From NCBI GenBank assembly GCA_963667785.2, contig CAXXMU010000001.1, forward strand, positions 672,001-736,000: a stretch of DNA of 64,000 nucleotides. The letters run 5' to 3'. Each line of letters starts with the position of its first letter. Within the stretch, counting starts at the first letter, position 1. The notes beneath the pieces are model-generated. The model had not been told where the DNA came from. It made no database searches and saw only the letters and a list, made by a program, of their open reading frames with translations. Made by a program: the position numbers and the translations under genes. This DNA is from Alphaproteobacteria bacterium. GTDB lineage: Bacteria; Pseudomonadota; Alphaproteobacteria; UBA828. Below, one piece after another: positions 21,519 through 31,585 of the stretch.

Positions 21519-22145
21519 GTGATGGGAACGCTAGCAGAGGCGGCGGCGAGCCTCAAACGGGCGGCGGGCAGCACCCTGCCCGCGCTCGTGCTCATGACCG
21601 ACGAGGCGCGTCTGCCCGATCCCCTCCCGGCGGCAGGCGCGCTGCCGGCGGGCAGCGCCGTCATCCTGCGCCACTATGGCGCGCCCGGCCGGGCCGCGCT
21701 CGCCCGCCGCCTCGCCGCGATCGCGCGCCGCCGCGGGCTGCTGCTGCTGGTGGGCGAGGACCCGGCGCTGGCGCGGCGCGTCGGCGCGGCCGGGGTTCAC
21801 CTGCCGGAACGCGCGCTCCGGCGCGCTCGTGCCGTGCGCTGGCGCGGGGGATGGCTGGTCACGGCCGCCGCCCATTCGCACGCCAGCCTGCATGCTGCCG
21901 CCGCCTGCGGTGCCGATGCCGTGCTGCTCTCGCCCGTTCTTGCCACGGCGAGCCACCCGGATGTCCGCCCCCTCGGTCCCCGCCGCTTCGCCGCGCTGGC
22001 GCGGACGAGCCCGGTGCCGGTCTATGCGCTGGGTGGCATCGACGGCACGCACGCGCGCATCCTGCGGGGCAGCGGCGCCGTCGGCATCGCCGGCATCGGC
22101 GGGCTCATCCCGGAGCGCCCGGATCCTCCGTCGACTCCTCCCTGA
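21519..22145 (+). CDS. Thiamine-phosphate synthase-like (ThiE/TenI family) protein
   Basis: AAGVHLP, AAAHS, LLSPVLATASHP, VYALGGI. Confidence 0.8.
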   Translation: MMGTLAEAAASLKRAAGSTLPALVLMTDEARLPDPLPAAGALPAGSAVILRHYGAPGRAALARRLAAIARRRGLLLLVGEDPALARRVGAAGVHLPERALRRARAVRWRGGWLVTAAAHSHASLHAAAACGADAVLLSPVLATASHPDVRPLGPRRFAALARTSPVPVYALGGIDGTHARILRGSGAVGIAGIGGLIPERPDPPSTPP

Positions 22146-24255
22146 GCTCCGCAAGGGTGAAGTGCCGCTCCACGTAGTCGACCAACGCCCTGAGCGACTG
22201 CTCGACCGGGCGGTCCCCGGTATCGACCGTGAGCTCTGGCACTTCCGGCGCTTCGTAGGGGGCCGAGACGCCGGTGAAGTCCGCGATCTCGCCGGCGCGC
22301 GCCCGCCGGTAGAGGCCCCTGGGATCGCGCTGCTCGCAGACGGCGAGCGGTGCGCGGACGTAGACCTCGTGGAAGCCCTTCGGGCTCGAGCGCTCGGCCG
22401 CCGCCCGCGCCCGCGCGCGGTCCGAGCGGTAGGGCGAGATGAAGGCGGTGACCACGATGAAGCCGGCATCGGCGAAGAGCGCCGCCACCTCGCCGACGCG
22501 CCGGATGTTCTCGGCCCGGTCCTCGGGCGAGAAGCCGAGGGTGGCGTTGAGCCCGTGGCGGACATTGTCGCCGTCGAGCGCGTAGACTTGGTAGCCCTTG
22601 CGGAAGAGATGCTCCTCGGCGGCGATCGCGAGCGTCGACTTGCCGGCGCCCGAGAGGCCGGTGAGCCAGATCACCCCACCCGCATGGCGGTTGCGCCGGG
22701 CGCGGGCGCCGCGGCTGACGCCGTGGTCGATGATGGAGACGTTGCTCGCGCGGCCGGTGATGAGGGAACGCTGGTCCGGATAGCCTTCCATGCTGACGAG
22801 CCCGCCGCCGGCGATCCCGTTCCCGTCGACGAGGACGAAGCGCCCGGTGCGCGGGTTGGCCGTGTGCTCGTCGAGCGCCAGCATCGCGCCGGAGCGCAGC
22901 ACGGCCTCGGCGATGCGACCGTGCCCGATCTCCGCCTGCGCCTCGCCTTCTTGTGGCCCGTCCGGCCCGCTCGGATCGATGACGCGGTCGATGGACTGCA
23001 CCTCGACGGGGTGGGCGGCGGTGCAGAGCTGGAGGGTGCAGCGCCGGCCGGGTCTGAGCGGCGTGCGCCCGAGCCAGAAGAGCCGCGCGCGGAAGACGTC
23101 GGTCTCGATCGGCGGCCTCGCCTCGTGGCTCACCGTCTCGCCCCGCTCGACCGGGAGCCGCTGGTCCAGCGTGAGGCCGACCGAGCGCCCGGCGGTGGCG
23201 TGCGCGAGCGGTGCCGGCGCGTTCCACGTCTCGATGCTGACGACGCGCGCGGTTCTGTTGGACGGCGAGAAGAGCACCCGGTCGCCCGCGCTTACCCGGC
23301 CGCTCTCGATGCGGCCCGCGACGATGCGCCGCTCGTCGAACGCGTAGACCCCTTGCACGGACATGCGGAAGGGTAGCGCCTCACGCTCCTCCGTCGGCTC
23401 GCTGGCAGAAAGCGCGCCGAGCAGACGCCCGACCGGGTCCCCTGCCTCGCGGTCCGCGTCCCGGCCGGCGCCCGCGGCTCTGCCGGTCATCTCCAGCTCG
23501 GCGACGATCTCCTCCACCGTGGCGGCATCGCTCTCCACCGATTGGGCGACGTCCTGGTCGCCGACGGAGCGGTGGCGCCTGCGGTCCTGCGCGAAATAGA
23601 GGGGCACCACCGGGATGCCCTCCCGCGCTGTGTAGCGCCAGACGTCGATCTCCGACCAGCGCAGCAGGGGGTGGACGCGCACATGCCCGCCGGCGGGCAC
23701 GGTGCCGTTGTAGTGGTCCCAGAACTCGGGCGGTTGGTAGCGGTAGGCCTGCGCGCCGTCGCCGCCGCGCGGGCTGAACACGCGCTCGTTCGCGCCCGTG
23801 CCCTCCTCGTCGCGTCGGTTGCCGGCGAGAAGGCCGGTGAACCCCTCCCGTGCGATCACCGCCTCGAGGCCGGCGGCCACGCGCGCCGCAGACCGCGCCG
23901 CCGGCGGCAGCGAGGGGTCGCTGGCGGAGTCCGGCGGGCAGGGGGCGGGGACGAGCCGCAGATCCCATGCCGCGGCCTGGTGATCGCGGAACGCGTACGT
24001 CTCCGCGAACGCGCGCCCGGTATCCACGTGGACCACGGGGAACGGCACATGACCGAAGAAGGCCTTGCGGCAGAGCCAGAGCATGACGGTGGCGTCCGCG
24101 TCGAGCGACCAGAGCAGCGCCGGCCGGTCCAGCATCGCGTGGGCCTCGCGGATGATGTGGATGCTCTCGGATTCAAGGGCATCGAGATGCGTGTCCGCCG
24201 TGGTATCGGCCACAGGAGTCGCTGCCGGCCCCGTCCGGTCCGCGGGCGCGCTCAT
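22105..24255 (-). CDS. cysC: Fusion of degenerate CysD, CysN domains II/III (no GTPase domain) and APS kinase CysC
   Basis: HLDALESESIHIIREA, RRDEE, ERVFSPR, HPLLRWSE (CysD); FRMSVQGVY, GRIESG, GRFVLVD (CysN C-half); WLTGLSGAGKST, LDGDNVRHGL, FTGVSAPYEAP (CysC). Confidence 0.85.
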   Translation of the reverse strand: MSAPADRTGPAATPVADTTADTHLDALESESIHIIREAHAMLDRPALLWSLDADATVMLWLCRKAFFGHVPFPVVHVDTGRAFAETYAFRDHQAAAWDLRLVPAPCPPDSASDPSLPPAARSAARVAAGLEAVIAREGFTGLLAGNRRDEEGTGANERVFSPRGGDGAQAYRYQPPEFWDHYNGTVPAGGHVRVHPLLRWSEIDVWRYTAREGIPVVPLYFAQDRRRHRSVGDQDVAQSVESDAATVEEIVAELEMTGRAAGAGRDADREAGDPVGRLLGALSASEPTEEREALPFRMSVQGVYAFDERRIVAGRIESGRVSAGDRVLFSPSNRTARVVSIETWNAPAPLAHATAGRSVGLTLDQRLPVERGETVSHEARPPIETDVFRARLFWLGRTPLRPGRRCTLQLCTAAHPVEVQSIDRVIDPSGPDGPQEGEAQAEIGHGRIAEAVLRSGAMLALDEHTANPRTGRFVLVDGNGIAGGGLVSMEGYPDQRSLITGRASNVSIIDHGVSRGARARRNRHAGGVIWLTGLSGAGKSTLAIAAEEHLFRKGYQVYALDGDNVRHGLNATLGFSPEDRAENIRRVGEVAALFADAGFIVVTAFISPYRSDRARARAAAERSSPKGFHEVYVRAPLAVCEQRDPRGLYRRARAGEIADFTGVSAPYEAPEVPELTVDTGDRPVEQSLRALVDYVERHFTLAELREESTEDPGAPG

Positions 24256-25136
24256 CGGCCGGCTCCGGCGCCTTCCGCGGCCTCGACCTCGCCCGCGTCC
24301 TCGTAGCCTGCCGGCACGTAGCCGAAACGCGCCATCTGGGTGTGGTGGTGCTCGACCACCCGGCGCACCTGGGCATCGCTGAGGGCCTCGCGCCAGCCGC
24401 CCGCCTTGCCGGAGCGGAAGAAGCGGTCCTGCACCGGGGTGCGCTCGACGAAGCCGGTGCGGTCCTCTTGCGCGCGCAGGGCGCGGAACGAGGAGTGACG
24501 CATCGCGCGCTCCAGGCGCTCGCGCGGGGGCTTCAGCCCGAGGAAGGCGGCGACGGCGCGGAAGGTCGGCCCCGGGCGGCTGCTCATGTCCTCGAAACGC
24601 ATGACGTGGAGCTTCTGGTGCGCCCGGGCCGTCCAGCTCGCGACATGAGTGGACCAGTCCTCGTGATGCTCCGGCACGAGCGTCTCCAACGCGGGCGTCG
24701 CGAAGCCCGATGTCTCCATGAGCGCGATCACGTCGTCCAGCGGCTGCCCCAGGTGATGGGCGTAGGAGACCACCACGTCCAGCGGGTTGCGCACCACGTA
24801 GATCGCGCCGGCGGTGAGATTCTGGCTGATCATGGGCACGCCGGCGACCTCGATCAGCGCGTTGTGGGTCTTGACCATGACGGTGTCGCGCGCGCTCTCG
24901 CTGATGAGCGCGTGCACCCTGGGCCTGAGCTGCGCCAGATCATCCCGGCTGAGCTCCGCCGGCGGGCGCGGGTCGAGGCGCCTGAACCAGTGCGCCTGGC
25001 TGTCGCCCGCCGTGAGCTCCGACATCCGGTTGATGTCGAAGGGCTCGCGCGGGTTGCGCAATAGGTTGTGCAGGAAGGCGCGCAGCCAGGTGTTGCCCGA
25101 CTTGGGGTAGGAGGCGAGCCACAGGATGCCGCTCAT
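24252..25136 (-). CDS. Sulfotransferase domain protein
   Basis: 5'-PSB LASYPKSGNTW, 3'-PB RNPLDVVVSYAHH, FFRSGKAGGW. Confidence 0.9.
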   Translation of the reverse strand: MSGILWLASYPKSGNTWLRAFLHNLLRNPREPFDINRMSELTAGDSQAHWFRRLDPRPPAELSRDDLAQLRPRVHALISESARDTVMVKTHNALIEVAGVPMISQNLTAGAIYVVRNPLDVVVSYAHHLGQPLDDVIALMETSGFATPALETLVPEHHEDWSTHVASWTARAHQKLHVMRFEDMSSRPGPTFRAVAAFLGLKPPRERLERAMRHSSFRALRAQEDRTGFVERTPVQDRFFRSGKAGGWREALSDAQVRRVVEHHHTQMARFGYVPAGYEDAGEVEAAEGAGAGR

Positions 25137-25175
25137 CGCTTCGGCCCGGCCGAGGGAAGGAGGGGCGAGCGCATC

Positions 25176-26393
25176 CTAGAGGGGCGGTGCCGCGCCTTCG
25201 AGCGGGATGATCTCCACCGCGGACCCGCGCGGCAGCGCCGGCGCGTGCGGCGGCCGGACGACGAGGCACTGCGCCTTCACCAGAAGCGACAGCATCGAGC
25301 TGTCCTGCCGGGCGAAGGGGGTGGCCACCAGCGCGCCGCTCCCGTCGCGCCCGAGCGTTGCGCGCAGATAGTCCTGGCGCTCGTCGTTCTCCGCCACGTC
25401 CGCGCCGAGGCTCGCCTGCTGCGCGGCCGGCGCGGCGCCGTCGCGCTCCCCGAGCATCGCCGCGATCGCAGGCCTCAGGAAGACCAGCGCGCAGACGAGC
25501 GAGGAGACCGGGTTGCCCGGCAGGCCGAGCAGCCGGGTGCCGCCCACGGAGCCGAACATCAGCGGCTTGCCGGGCCGCATGGCGATCTTCCAGAAGTCGA
25601 GTGCGAGCCCTTCGTCCGCGAGCGCGTCGCGGATCAGGTCGTGCTCGCCCACCGAGGCGCCGCCGGTGGTGACCAGGAGGTCCGCGCCGCGCGCGCCGGC
25701 GGCATGGTCGACGAGGGAGCGGGCGTCGTCCCGTGCGATGCCGAGGTCCAGCGCCTCGCCGCCGCAGCCCTGCACCACGGCCCGGAGCGCGTGCGTGTTC
25801 GAGCTCACGATCTGGTTCTCGCCGCGCGGCTCGCCCGGCATGACGATCTCGTCGCCGGTGGCGAGCAGCGCGATGCGGGGCTTGCGCCTGACCGAGAGCC
25901 ACGGCTGGTCCATGGCGGCGGCGAGCCCGATGGCGCGGGCGTCGAGCCGGGTGCCTGCCGCGACTCCCACCTCGCCGGCGCTGAAATCGAGCCCGGCGGG
26001 GCGGATGTAGCGGCCCTCCGCGGCGCTCGCGTGCACCGTGATCGCATCGCCGTCCGCGCTCGTGTTCTCCTGGATCACGATGGTGTCGGCGCCGTCCGGC
26101 ACCGGCGCGCCGGTGAAGATACGCACCGCTTCGCCGGGGCCGAGGCTGCCCTCGAAGCGCGCGCCGGCCGGCACGCTGCCGATCTGCCTGAGGGTCGCCG
26201 GCACGCGCGCGACGTCGGCGGCGCGTGCCGCATAACCGTCCATCGCCGAGACGGCGAAGGGCGGCTGCGTGAGGCGCGCGATTACGTCCTCCGCCAGCAC
26301 GCGGCCGTGGGCCTCCGCCAGCGGCACGGTCTCCGCCGGCAGCGGGGAGAAGGCGGCGGTGATGCGGGCGACCGCCTCTGCGACCGGGATCAT
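25176..26393 (-). CDS. moeA: Molybdopterin molybdotransferase
   Basis: SAMDGYA, RIFTGA, TGDE, TTGGASVG, GLPGNP. Confidence 0.95.
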   Translation of the reverse strand: MIPVAEAVARITAAFSPLPAETVPLAEAHGRVLAEDVIARLTQPPFAVSAMDGYAARAADVARVPATLRQIGSVPAGARFEGSLGPGEAVRIFTGAPVPDGADTIVIQENTSADGDAITVHASAAEGRYIRPAGLDFSAGEVGVAAGTRLDARAIGLAAAMDQPWLSVRRKPRIALLATGDEIVMPGEPRGENQIVSSNTHALRAVVQGCGGEALDLGIARDDARSLVDHAAGARGADLLVTTGGASVGEHDLIRDALADEGLALDFWKIAMRPGKPLMFGSVGGTRLLGLPGNPVSSLVCALVFLRPAIAAMLGERDGAAPAAQQASLGADVAENDERQDYLRATLGRDGSGALVATPFARQDSSMLSLLVKAQCLVVRPPHAPALPRGSAVEIIPLEGAAPPL

Positions 26394-26396
26394 CGC

Positions 26397-26873
26397 CTAG
26401 GGCGCCCTGAACTCGCCCGACCTGCCGCCCTCCTTGTGGGTGAGCCGCACGTCCGTGATGCGCATGCCGCGATCGGCGGCCTTGCACATGTCGTAGACGG
26501 TCAGCGCCGCGACGCTGGCTGCGGTCAGCGCCTCCATCTCGACGCCGGTGCGCGCCGTGATCCGGCAGCTCGCCTCGATGTCGACGGCGCCCGCCGCCTC
26601 GTCGCAGCCAAGCGTCACGTCGATGGCGGTGAGCGCCAGCGGATGACAGAGCGGGATCAGGTCGGCGGTGCGCTTGGCCGCCATGATGCCGGCGAGCCGG
26701 GCAACCCCCAGCACGTCGCCCTTGGCGACGCCGCCCTCCGCGATCAGGCGCACGGTCTCGGGCTTCATCAGCACGCGCGCCCGCGCCGTCGCCCGGCGCT
26801 CGGTCACCTCCTTGTCGCTCACGTCCACCATGCGCGCCTTGCCGTCCGCATCGATGTGGGTCAGCCGTGCCAT
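26397..26873 (-). CDS. moaC: Cyclic pyranopterin monophosphate synthase
   Basis: [28 protein letters not shown]. Confidence 0.97.
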   Translation of the reverse strand: MARLTHIDADGKARMVDVSDKEVTERRATARARVLMKPETVRLIAEGGVAKGDVLGVARLAGIMAAKRTADLIPLCHPLALTAIDVTLGCDEAAGAVDIEASCRITARTGVEMEALTAASVAALTVYDMCKAADRGMRITDVRLTHKEGGRSGEFRAP

Positions 26874-26876
26874 GGC

Positions 26877-27695
26877 TCAGCCCTCCGCCGCCCGGGCGCC
26901 CGGCTCGGTCGCCAGCAGCGCCGCCGTCGCCGCCGCCACGTCGGCCTGGCGCATCAGCGATTCGCCCACCAGGAAGCGGCGGACGCCGAGCGCCGTCATG
27001 CGCGCGAGATCGGCGGGCGTGTGGAGCCCGCTCTCGCAGACGATCGGCGGGCCGTCCGCCGCCAGCGGCACGAGGCGCTCGGTGGTCGCGAGATCGACAG
27101 CGAGGGTCTTGAGGTTGCGGTTGTTGATGCCGAGCAGCGAGGCGTCGAGTGCGAGTGCGCGGGCAAGCTCCGGCTCGTCATGGACCTCGACCAGCGTGTC
27201 CATGCCGAGCGCCGCTGCCGCCGCCGCGAGCTCGGCCGCCTGGCCGTCGCCGAGGGCGGCCATGATGAGCAGGATGCAGTCCGCGCCGAGCGCGCGCGCT
27301 TCGATCACCTGATAGGGGTCGAGCATGAAGTCCTTGCGCAGGACGGGCAGCGGCACCGCCGCGCGCGCTTCCTCCAGGAACCGGTCCTCGCCCTGGAAAT
27401 AGGGCTCGTCGGTCAGCACCGAGAGGCAGGCCGCGCCGCCGGCTGCATAGGCGCGCGCCAGCACCGCAGGCTCGAAGTCGGCGCGAATCAGGCCCTTGCT
27501 CGGCGAGGCCTTCTTGAGCTCGGCGATGAGCGCCGGCCGGCCGGCCCCGGCCACCGCATCCAGCGCCCGGGCGAAGCCGCGCGGCGCCGGTGCGGCGTGC
27601 GCCTGCTCGGCGAGCGCCGCCTCGGGCACCGCCTGCTTGCGGGCGGCGACGTGGCGCCGCTTGTCGTCGCAGATGCGGGCGAGCACGTCGCTCAT
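26877..27695 (-). CDS. trpC: Indole-3-glycerol phosphate synthase
   Basis: [36 protein letters not shown]. Confidence 0.97.
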   Translation of the reverse strand: MSDVLARICDDKRRHVAARKQAVPEAALAEQAHAAPAPRGFARALDAVAGAGRPALIAELKKASPSKGLIRADFEPAVLARAYAAGGAACLSVLTDEPYFQGEDRFLEEARAAVPLPVLRKDFMLDPYQVIEARALGADCILLIMAALGDGQAAELAAAAAALGMDTLVEVHDEPELARALALDASLLGINNRNLKTLAVDLATTERLVPLAADGPPIVCESGLHTPADLARMTALGVRRFLVGESLMRQADVAAATAALLATEPGARAAEG

Positions 27696-28750
27696 TGGCC
27701 GGCACCGCTCCCGGCCTCGGCAGCCGCGCCCCGTCCACTGATCTCGACGAGCCGGTCGAGCGTGGCGCGTGCGCTACCGCCGTCGATCGCCTCGGCGGCG
27801 AGGGCCGCGCCCTCCCTGAGATCGCCGGCCCGGCCCGCGACGACGAGCGCCGCGGCGCTGTTCAGCAGCACGATGTCGCGTGCAGGCCCCGGCTCGCCGG
27901 CCAGCATGGCGCGGACGATGGCGGCGTTGGTCGCGGCATCGCCGCCGGCGAGATCGTCGGGCGCGGCGCGCGCGAGGCCGGCATCCTCCGGCGTGACCTC
28001 GAAGTGGCGGATCGTGCCGCCGTCGAGCTCCACCACCGTGCTGGGCCCCGTCGTGGTCAACTCGTCGGTGCCGTCGCCGCCGTGCACGACCCAGACTCGC
28101 TCCGAGCCCAGATTGCGCAGCACCTCGGCCATGGGCGCCGTCCACCTGGCGTCGAACACGCCGATGAGTTGGCGCCTGGCGCCTGCCGGGTTGGCGAGCG
28201 GGCCGAGCAGGTTGAAGACGGTGCGCGTGCCGAGCTCGATGCGGGTCGGCCCGACATGGCGCATGGCGCCGTGGTGCCGGGGCGCCATGAGGAAGCCGAT
28301 CCCGGCCTCCCAGAGGGACGCACGCACCAGCGCCATGTCCGCGTCGATGGTGACGCCGAGTGCCGCCAGCATGTCGGCCGAACCCGAACGCGACGAGAGC
28401 GCCCGGTTGCCGTGCTTGGCGACCGGCACGCCCGCGCCCGCAGCGACGATGGCCGCGGCGGTCGAGATATTGAAGGTGCCCTTCGCGTCCCCGCCGGTGC
28501 CGCAGGTGTCGATGGTCCCCTCCGGCGCTTCGATGCCGAGCGCCCGCGCCCGCATCGCCTGCGCGCCGCCGGTGATCTCGTCCACCGTCTCGCCCCGCAC
28601 CCGGAGCGCCATGAGGAAGCCGCCCATCTGCGAGGGCGTCGCCCTGCCCTCCATCATCGCGTCGAAGGCGGCCCGCGCCTCGTCGACGGAGAGCGACGCG
28701 CCGCTCGCGACACGCCCGATGAGCGCCTTGAAATCGGTCGGGTCCGTCAT
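27692..28750 (-). CDS. trpD: Anthranilate phosphoribosyltransferase
   Basis: [28 protein letters not shown]; start set to MTDPTDF. Confidence 0.96.
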   Translation of the reverse strand: MTDPTDFKALIGRVASGASLSVDEARAAFDAMMEGRATPSQMGGFLMALRVRGETVDEITGGAQAMRARALGIEAPEGTIDTCGTGGDAKGTFNISTAAAIVAAGAGVPVAKHGNRALSSRSGSADMLAALGVTIDADMALVRASLWEAGIGFLMAPRHHGAMRHVGPTRIELGTRTVFNLLGPLANPAGARRQLIGVFDARWTAPMAEVLRNLGSERVWVVHGGDGTDELTTTGPSTVVELDGGTIRHFEVTPEDAGLARAAPDDLAGGDAATNAAIVRAMLAGEPGPARDIVLLNSAAALVVAGRAGDLREGAALAAEAIDGGSARATLDRLVEISGRGAAAEAGSGAGQ

Positions 28751-28906
28751 GGAGACACGCTCGCCCACGCAGCGGCCGGCGGGCGGGCCGCCGGGCCGGA
28801 TCGCCCCCGTGTTATAGCCGGTTCTCGACGAAACGCCATGCGGCGCGGTGTCCCCCGCCGTCATTGACACTGGCCTTCGGCGCCCGACTCGGATTTCCTG
28901 TCCGCC

Positions 28907-29530
28907 ATGACCGCCGGCGACCCACGGGCGACCTATCGGCGCATCGCGCCCTTCTACGACTTCCTGGACGGGCCCTTCGAGCGCGGCCGCTACGCGCAGC
29001 TGCGCGGCGGGCTCTTCGCGGGCCTGGAGGGGCGGGTGCTGGATGCCGGCGTCGGCACCGGCCGCAACATCCCGCACTATCCGGCGCACGCGGACGTGAT
29101 CGGCATCGATCTCTCGGCGGCCATGCTGGTCCGCGCCAGGCGGCGGCGCGACGCGTGCGCCCGGGACGTGCCGTTGGCGGCGATGGACGTGCTCGGCACC
29201 GGCTTCGCCGACGCGAGCTTCGACGCCGTGGTCGCGAGCTTCCTCTTCTGTGTGATCGGCGCCGGGCAGCAGCAGGCGGCGCTCGTGGAGCTCGGGCGCA
29301 TCGTGCGGCCCGGCGGCGAGATCCGCCTGCTGGACTATTCGCTCTCGAAGCGCCCGGTGCGGCGCTTCGTCATGGGCCTCTGGGCGCCCTGGGTGCGCTG
29401 GGCCTACGGCGCGGGCTTCGACCGCGAGACCCACCGCCACGTCGAGCCCGCCGGCCTCGTGCTGGCGGAGAACCGCTTCCTGATCGACGACATCCTGAGA
29501 TACGTGGTCGCGCGCCGGCCGCCGGGATAG
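28907..29530 (+). CDS. Class I SAM-dependent methyltransferase
   Basis: [29 protein letters not shown]. Confidence 0.88.
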   Translation: MTAGDPRATYRRIAPFYDFLDGPFERGRYAQLRGGLFAGLEGRVLDAGVGTGRNIPHYPAHADVIGIDLSAAMLVRARRRRDACARDVPLAAMDVLGTGFADASFDAVVASFLFCVIGAGQQQAALVELGRIVRPGGEIRLLDYSLSKRPVRRFVMGLWAPWVRWAYGAGFDRETHRHVEPAGLVLAENRFLIDDILRYVVARRPPG

Positions 29531-29841
29531 CCCGCATTTCTCACCAGGGTCATGGTCTGCGCGGCGCTGTCCGGCCGACAGGGTAGGAGAGGCGCGCAGC
29601 GCGTCGCGCGGGTACGCGCGCCTTCGGCGCGACGCGGGACATCGGGCAAGCGTCTCGACGCACACTGTCGGCCGGAGAGCGTCGCCCTTCGGGTCGCGCC
29701 CAGGCGCCCGCCCGCGTCGCGCGTCCACGCGCGCGGAGCGCACGATGCGGCCCTCAACCGTATTCCCTGATACGCTTTTCGGCCCGCTCCTAGCGGATCG
29801 AACGCTTGGTGCGCGACGCAGGCCGTGACCCTGGTGAGAAA
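29528..29841. mobile_element. MITE-like element with long terminal inverted repeats; right TIR truncated at the island junction
   Basis: tttctcaccagggtcatggtctgcg (29537-29561) pairs with cgcaggccgtgaccctggtgagaaa (29817-29841) with 2 mismatches; the missing TIR tip (tgcgggcta) is found at 49434-49442. Confidence 0.65.
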
Positions 29842-30031
29842 CCATAGTGAGCCACTTGTGCCTCCTAGTTCCCTGATGTTCCTGAAACGGCCTGGATGTT
29901 GATTTTGTTGTGATATTCGAATGGCCTATCCGGCCTCAAGCGGCCGGGAGGAGCCCCGAGCAGTCCTGAAGCTACTTCCATGTGTTGTGGCAGGTGTTGA
30001 TTTGTATGTCTCGTCATGACACAATCCATGC

Positions 30032-31300
30032 ATGTCAAATATATCCGGAAAGCGCGTCGCACGCGTCAAGCTCACAGTCGCCAAGCGCGCCATCGACAGC
30101 CTCAAGCCAGCCGAGAGGCCATGGATCGCGTGGGACGACAAACTCACAGGCTTTGGCGTCCAGGTCCACCCCTCCGGCGTCAAGTCGTATATCGTCAACT
30201 ACCGGCCCGGTTTGGGAGGCAGGGCGGCGCCCAACAAGCGCCTCGTCATCGGACGCTGCGACAGGATGGCGGCCGAGCACGCGCGTCGCGAGGCCCACAG
30301 GCTGCTCGGTATGGTCGCAGTCGGCGAGGACCCGGCGGCGGATCGCGCCAGGAGCCGGCGCATGCCGCTCCTCGGGCAGGCCTTCGAGGAGTACATGAAG
30401 GCCAATCCCAAGCGGAAGGCGCGCACCAACGAGCACTACCGCGATCGGTTCGAGCGGCCTCTCGCGGACTGGCTCGGCCGTCCCCTCGACGCCATCACGC
30501 GTAGCGACGTGGAGGACCGTTTCAACCGCATCACCGAGAAACACGGCTGGGCGACCGCGAATCAGTGCATCTCCCTGCTGCGCTCGGTCTATCGCCGGCC
30601 CTGCGTGGACCACGAGGGATTGGCCAATCCCGTCGATCTCTGGCTCGCGGGCGGCGGCAGGTTTCATCCCAAGCCGCGCCGCAAGATCCCGCCGCCGGCC
30701 GAGGTGCTGCCGTGCTGGCGGAAGGGCATAGAGGCCGTGGTGAGCAACCCCGCCCTTCGGGACGTGTTCTGGTTCGGCATGTACACCGGGATGCGGCGCG
30801 GCGAGGTGATGCCGCTCCGCTGGGATCGTGTCGACAGGGAGGCAGGGGTCTTCCGTTTGGACGAGACCAAGACGGGCACGCCGCTGGAGTTGCCGATCAC
30901 CCGGCAGCTCGCAGCCATCCTCGATCGCCGCTGGGCCGCGAGCGGCCATCTGAAGGGCGGCTGGGTGTTTCCCTCCGCCTCCAGCCGCACGGGCTACTTC
31001 GTGAAGCTGACCTATTTCCATCGCCGCATCAGCGAGGCCGGGGGTGCGAAGTTCTGGTTCCACGGGATGCGCAATTGCTTCATCACGGTGGCCGAGCGCG
31101 AGCTGATGCTGCCGCACGCTCTGACAAAGCGGCTGGTGAACCATGCGCCGCCCAACGACGTTACAGAGGGCTACGCCGCCGACTGGACCATCGGGCAACT
31201 CCGAGAGCCCGCTCAGCGCATCGCGGATCGCATCGAGGCGTTGATGGGAGCCGAGGCCCGCCATGTCATCGGGGGAAGGGCAGTGCTCGGGCAATCATAG
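30032..31300 (+). CDS. Tyrosine recombinase/integrase with arm-DNA-binding N-terminal domain
   Basis: WDDKLTGFGV arm domain; catalytic R (TGMRRGE), K (TKTG), HGMR, H (VNH), Y (TEGY). Confidence 0.92.
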   Translation: MSNISGKRVARVKLTVAKRAIDSLKPAERPWIAWDDKLTGFGVQVHPSGVKSYIVNYRPGLGGRAAPNKRLVIGRCDRMAAEHARREAHRLLGMVAVGEDPAADRARSRRMPLLGQAFEEYMKANPKRKARTNEHYRDRFERPLADWLGRPLDAITRSDVEDRFNRITEKHGWATANQCISLLRSVYRRPCVDHEGLANPVDLWLAGGGRFHPKPRRKIPPPAEVLPCWRKGIEAVVSNPALRDVFWFGMYTGMRRGEVMPLRWDRVDREAGVFRLDETKTGTPLELPITRQLAAILDRRWAASGHLKGGWVFPSASSRTGYFVKLTYFHRRISEAGGAKFWFHGMRNCFITVAERELMLPHALTKRLVNHAPPNDVTEGYAADWTIGQLREPAQRIADRIEALMGAEARHVIGGRAVLGQS

Positions 31301-31337
31301 CCTGAAAAACGCAGGTTCAAGTCCTGCCCCGCAACCA
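31295..31337 (+). pseudogene. Degenerate tRNA-Met(CAT, initiator-type) 3' half / att-like relic
   Basis: tcatagcctgaaaaacgcaggttcaagtcctgccccgcaacca resembles the fMet tRNA 3' half (CAT anticodon, T-arm, CCA); 5' half decayed. Confidence 0.7.
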
Positions 31338-31341
31338 CTGA

Positions 31342-31374
31342 AAACGGCGCTAACTTAATGAGTTAGCGCCGTTT
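31342..31374 (+). terminator. Intrinsic terminator-like hairpin
   Basis: aaacggcgctaact-taatg-agttagcgccgttt, perfect 14-bp stem followed by T-rich sequence. Confidence 0.7.
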
Positions 31375-31585
31375 CTCGTTTTCAACTCCCTGTAATTCTT
31401 CCAGACTGGCAAACTATTGGCAAACGTTTTGGATCAATCTCCAGGCCTCTCCAGGCGGCTAAGGGCCGTTTTCGCTCGTTCACCGGATGAAGAATTGTAA
31501 GCGATGGAGTGGACGCCCCTCCCGACGGCATCGCGACGTGCCATGTTGGCGGTGGTGTTAACGCCAAGAGAGGAAAGGGGCGCCC

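Noticed and set aside
25068-28817. 1249-aa + strand ORF and many other long overlapping ORFs (e.g. 2615-4282, 14508-16505, 50086-52098, 58707-61061)
   Set aside because: Antisense or alternate-frame shadows of well-supported genes in very GC-rich DNA; no recognisable motifs
28751-29845. Long N-terminal extension of trpD (717-aa ORF)
   Set aside because: Antisense to the methyltransferase and MITE; TrpD homology begins at 28750
31269-31337. Functional tRNA-Met gene
   Set aside because: D-arm and anticodon stem cannot be completed; treated as a relic
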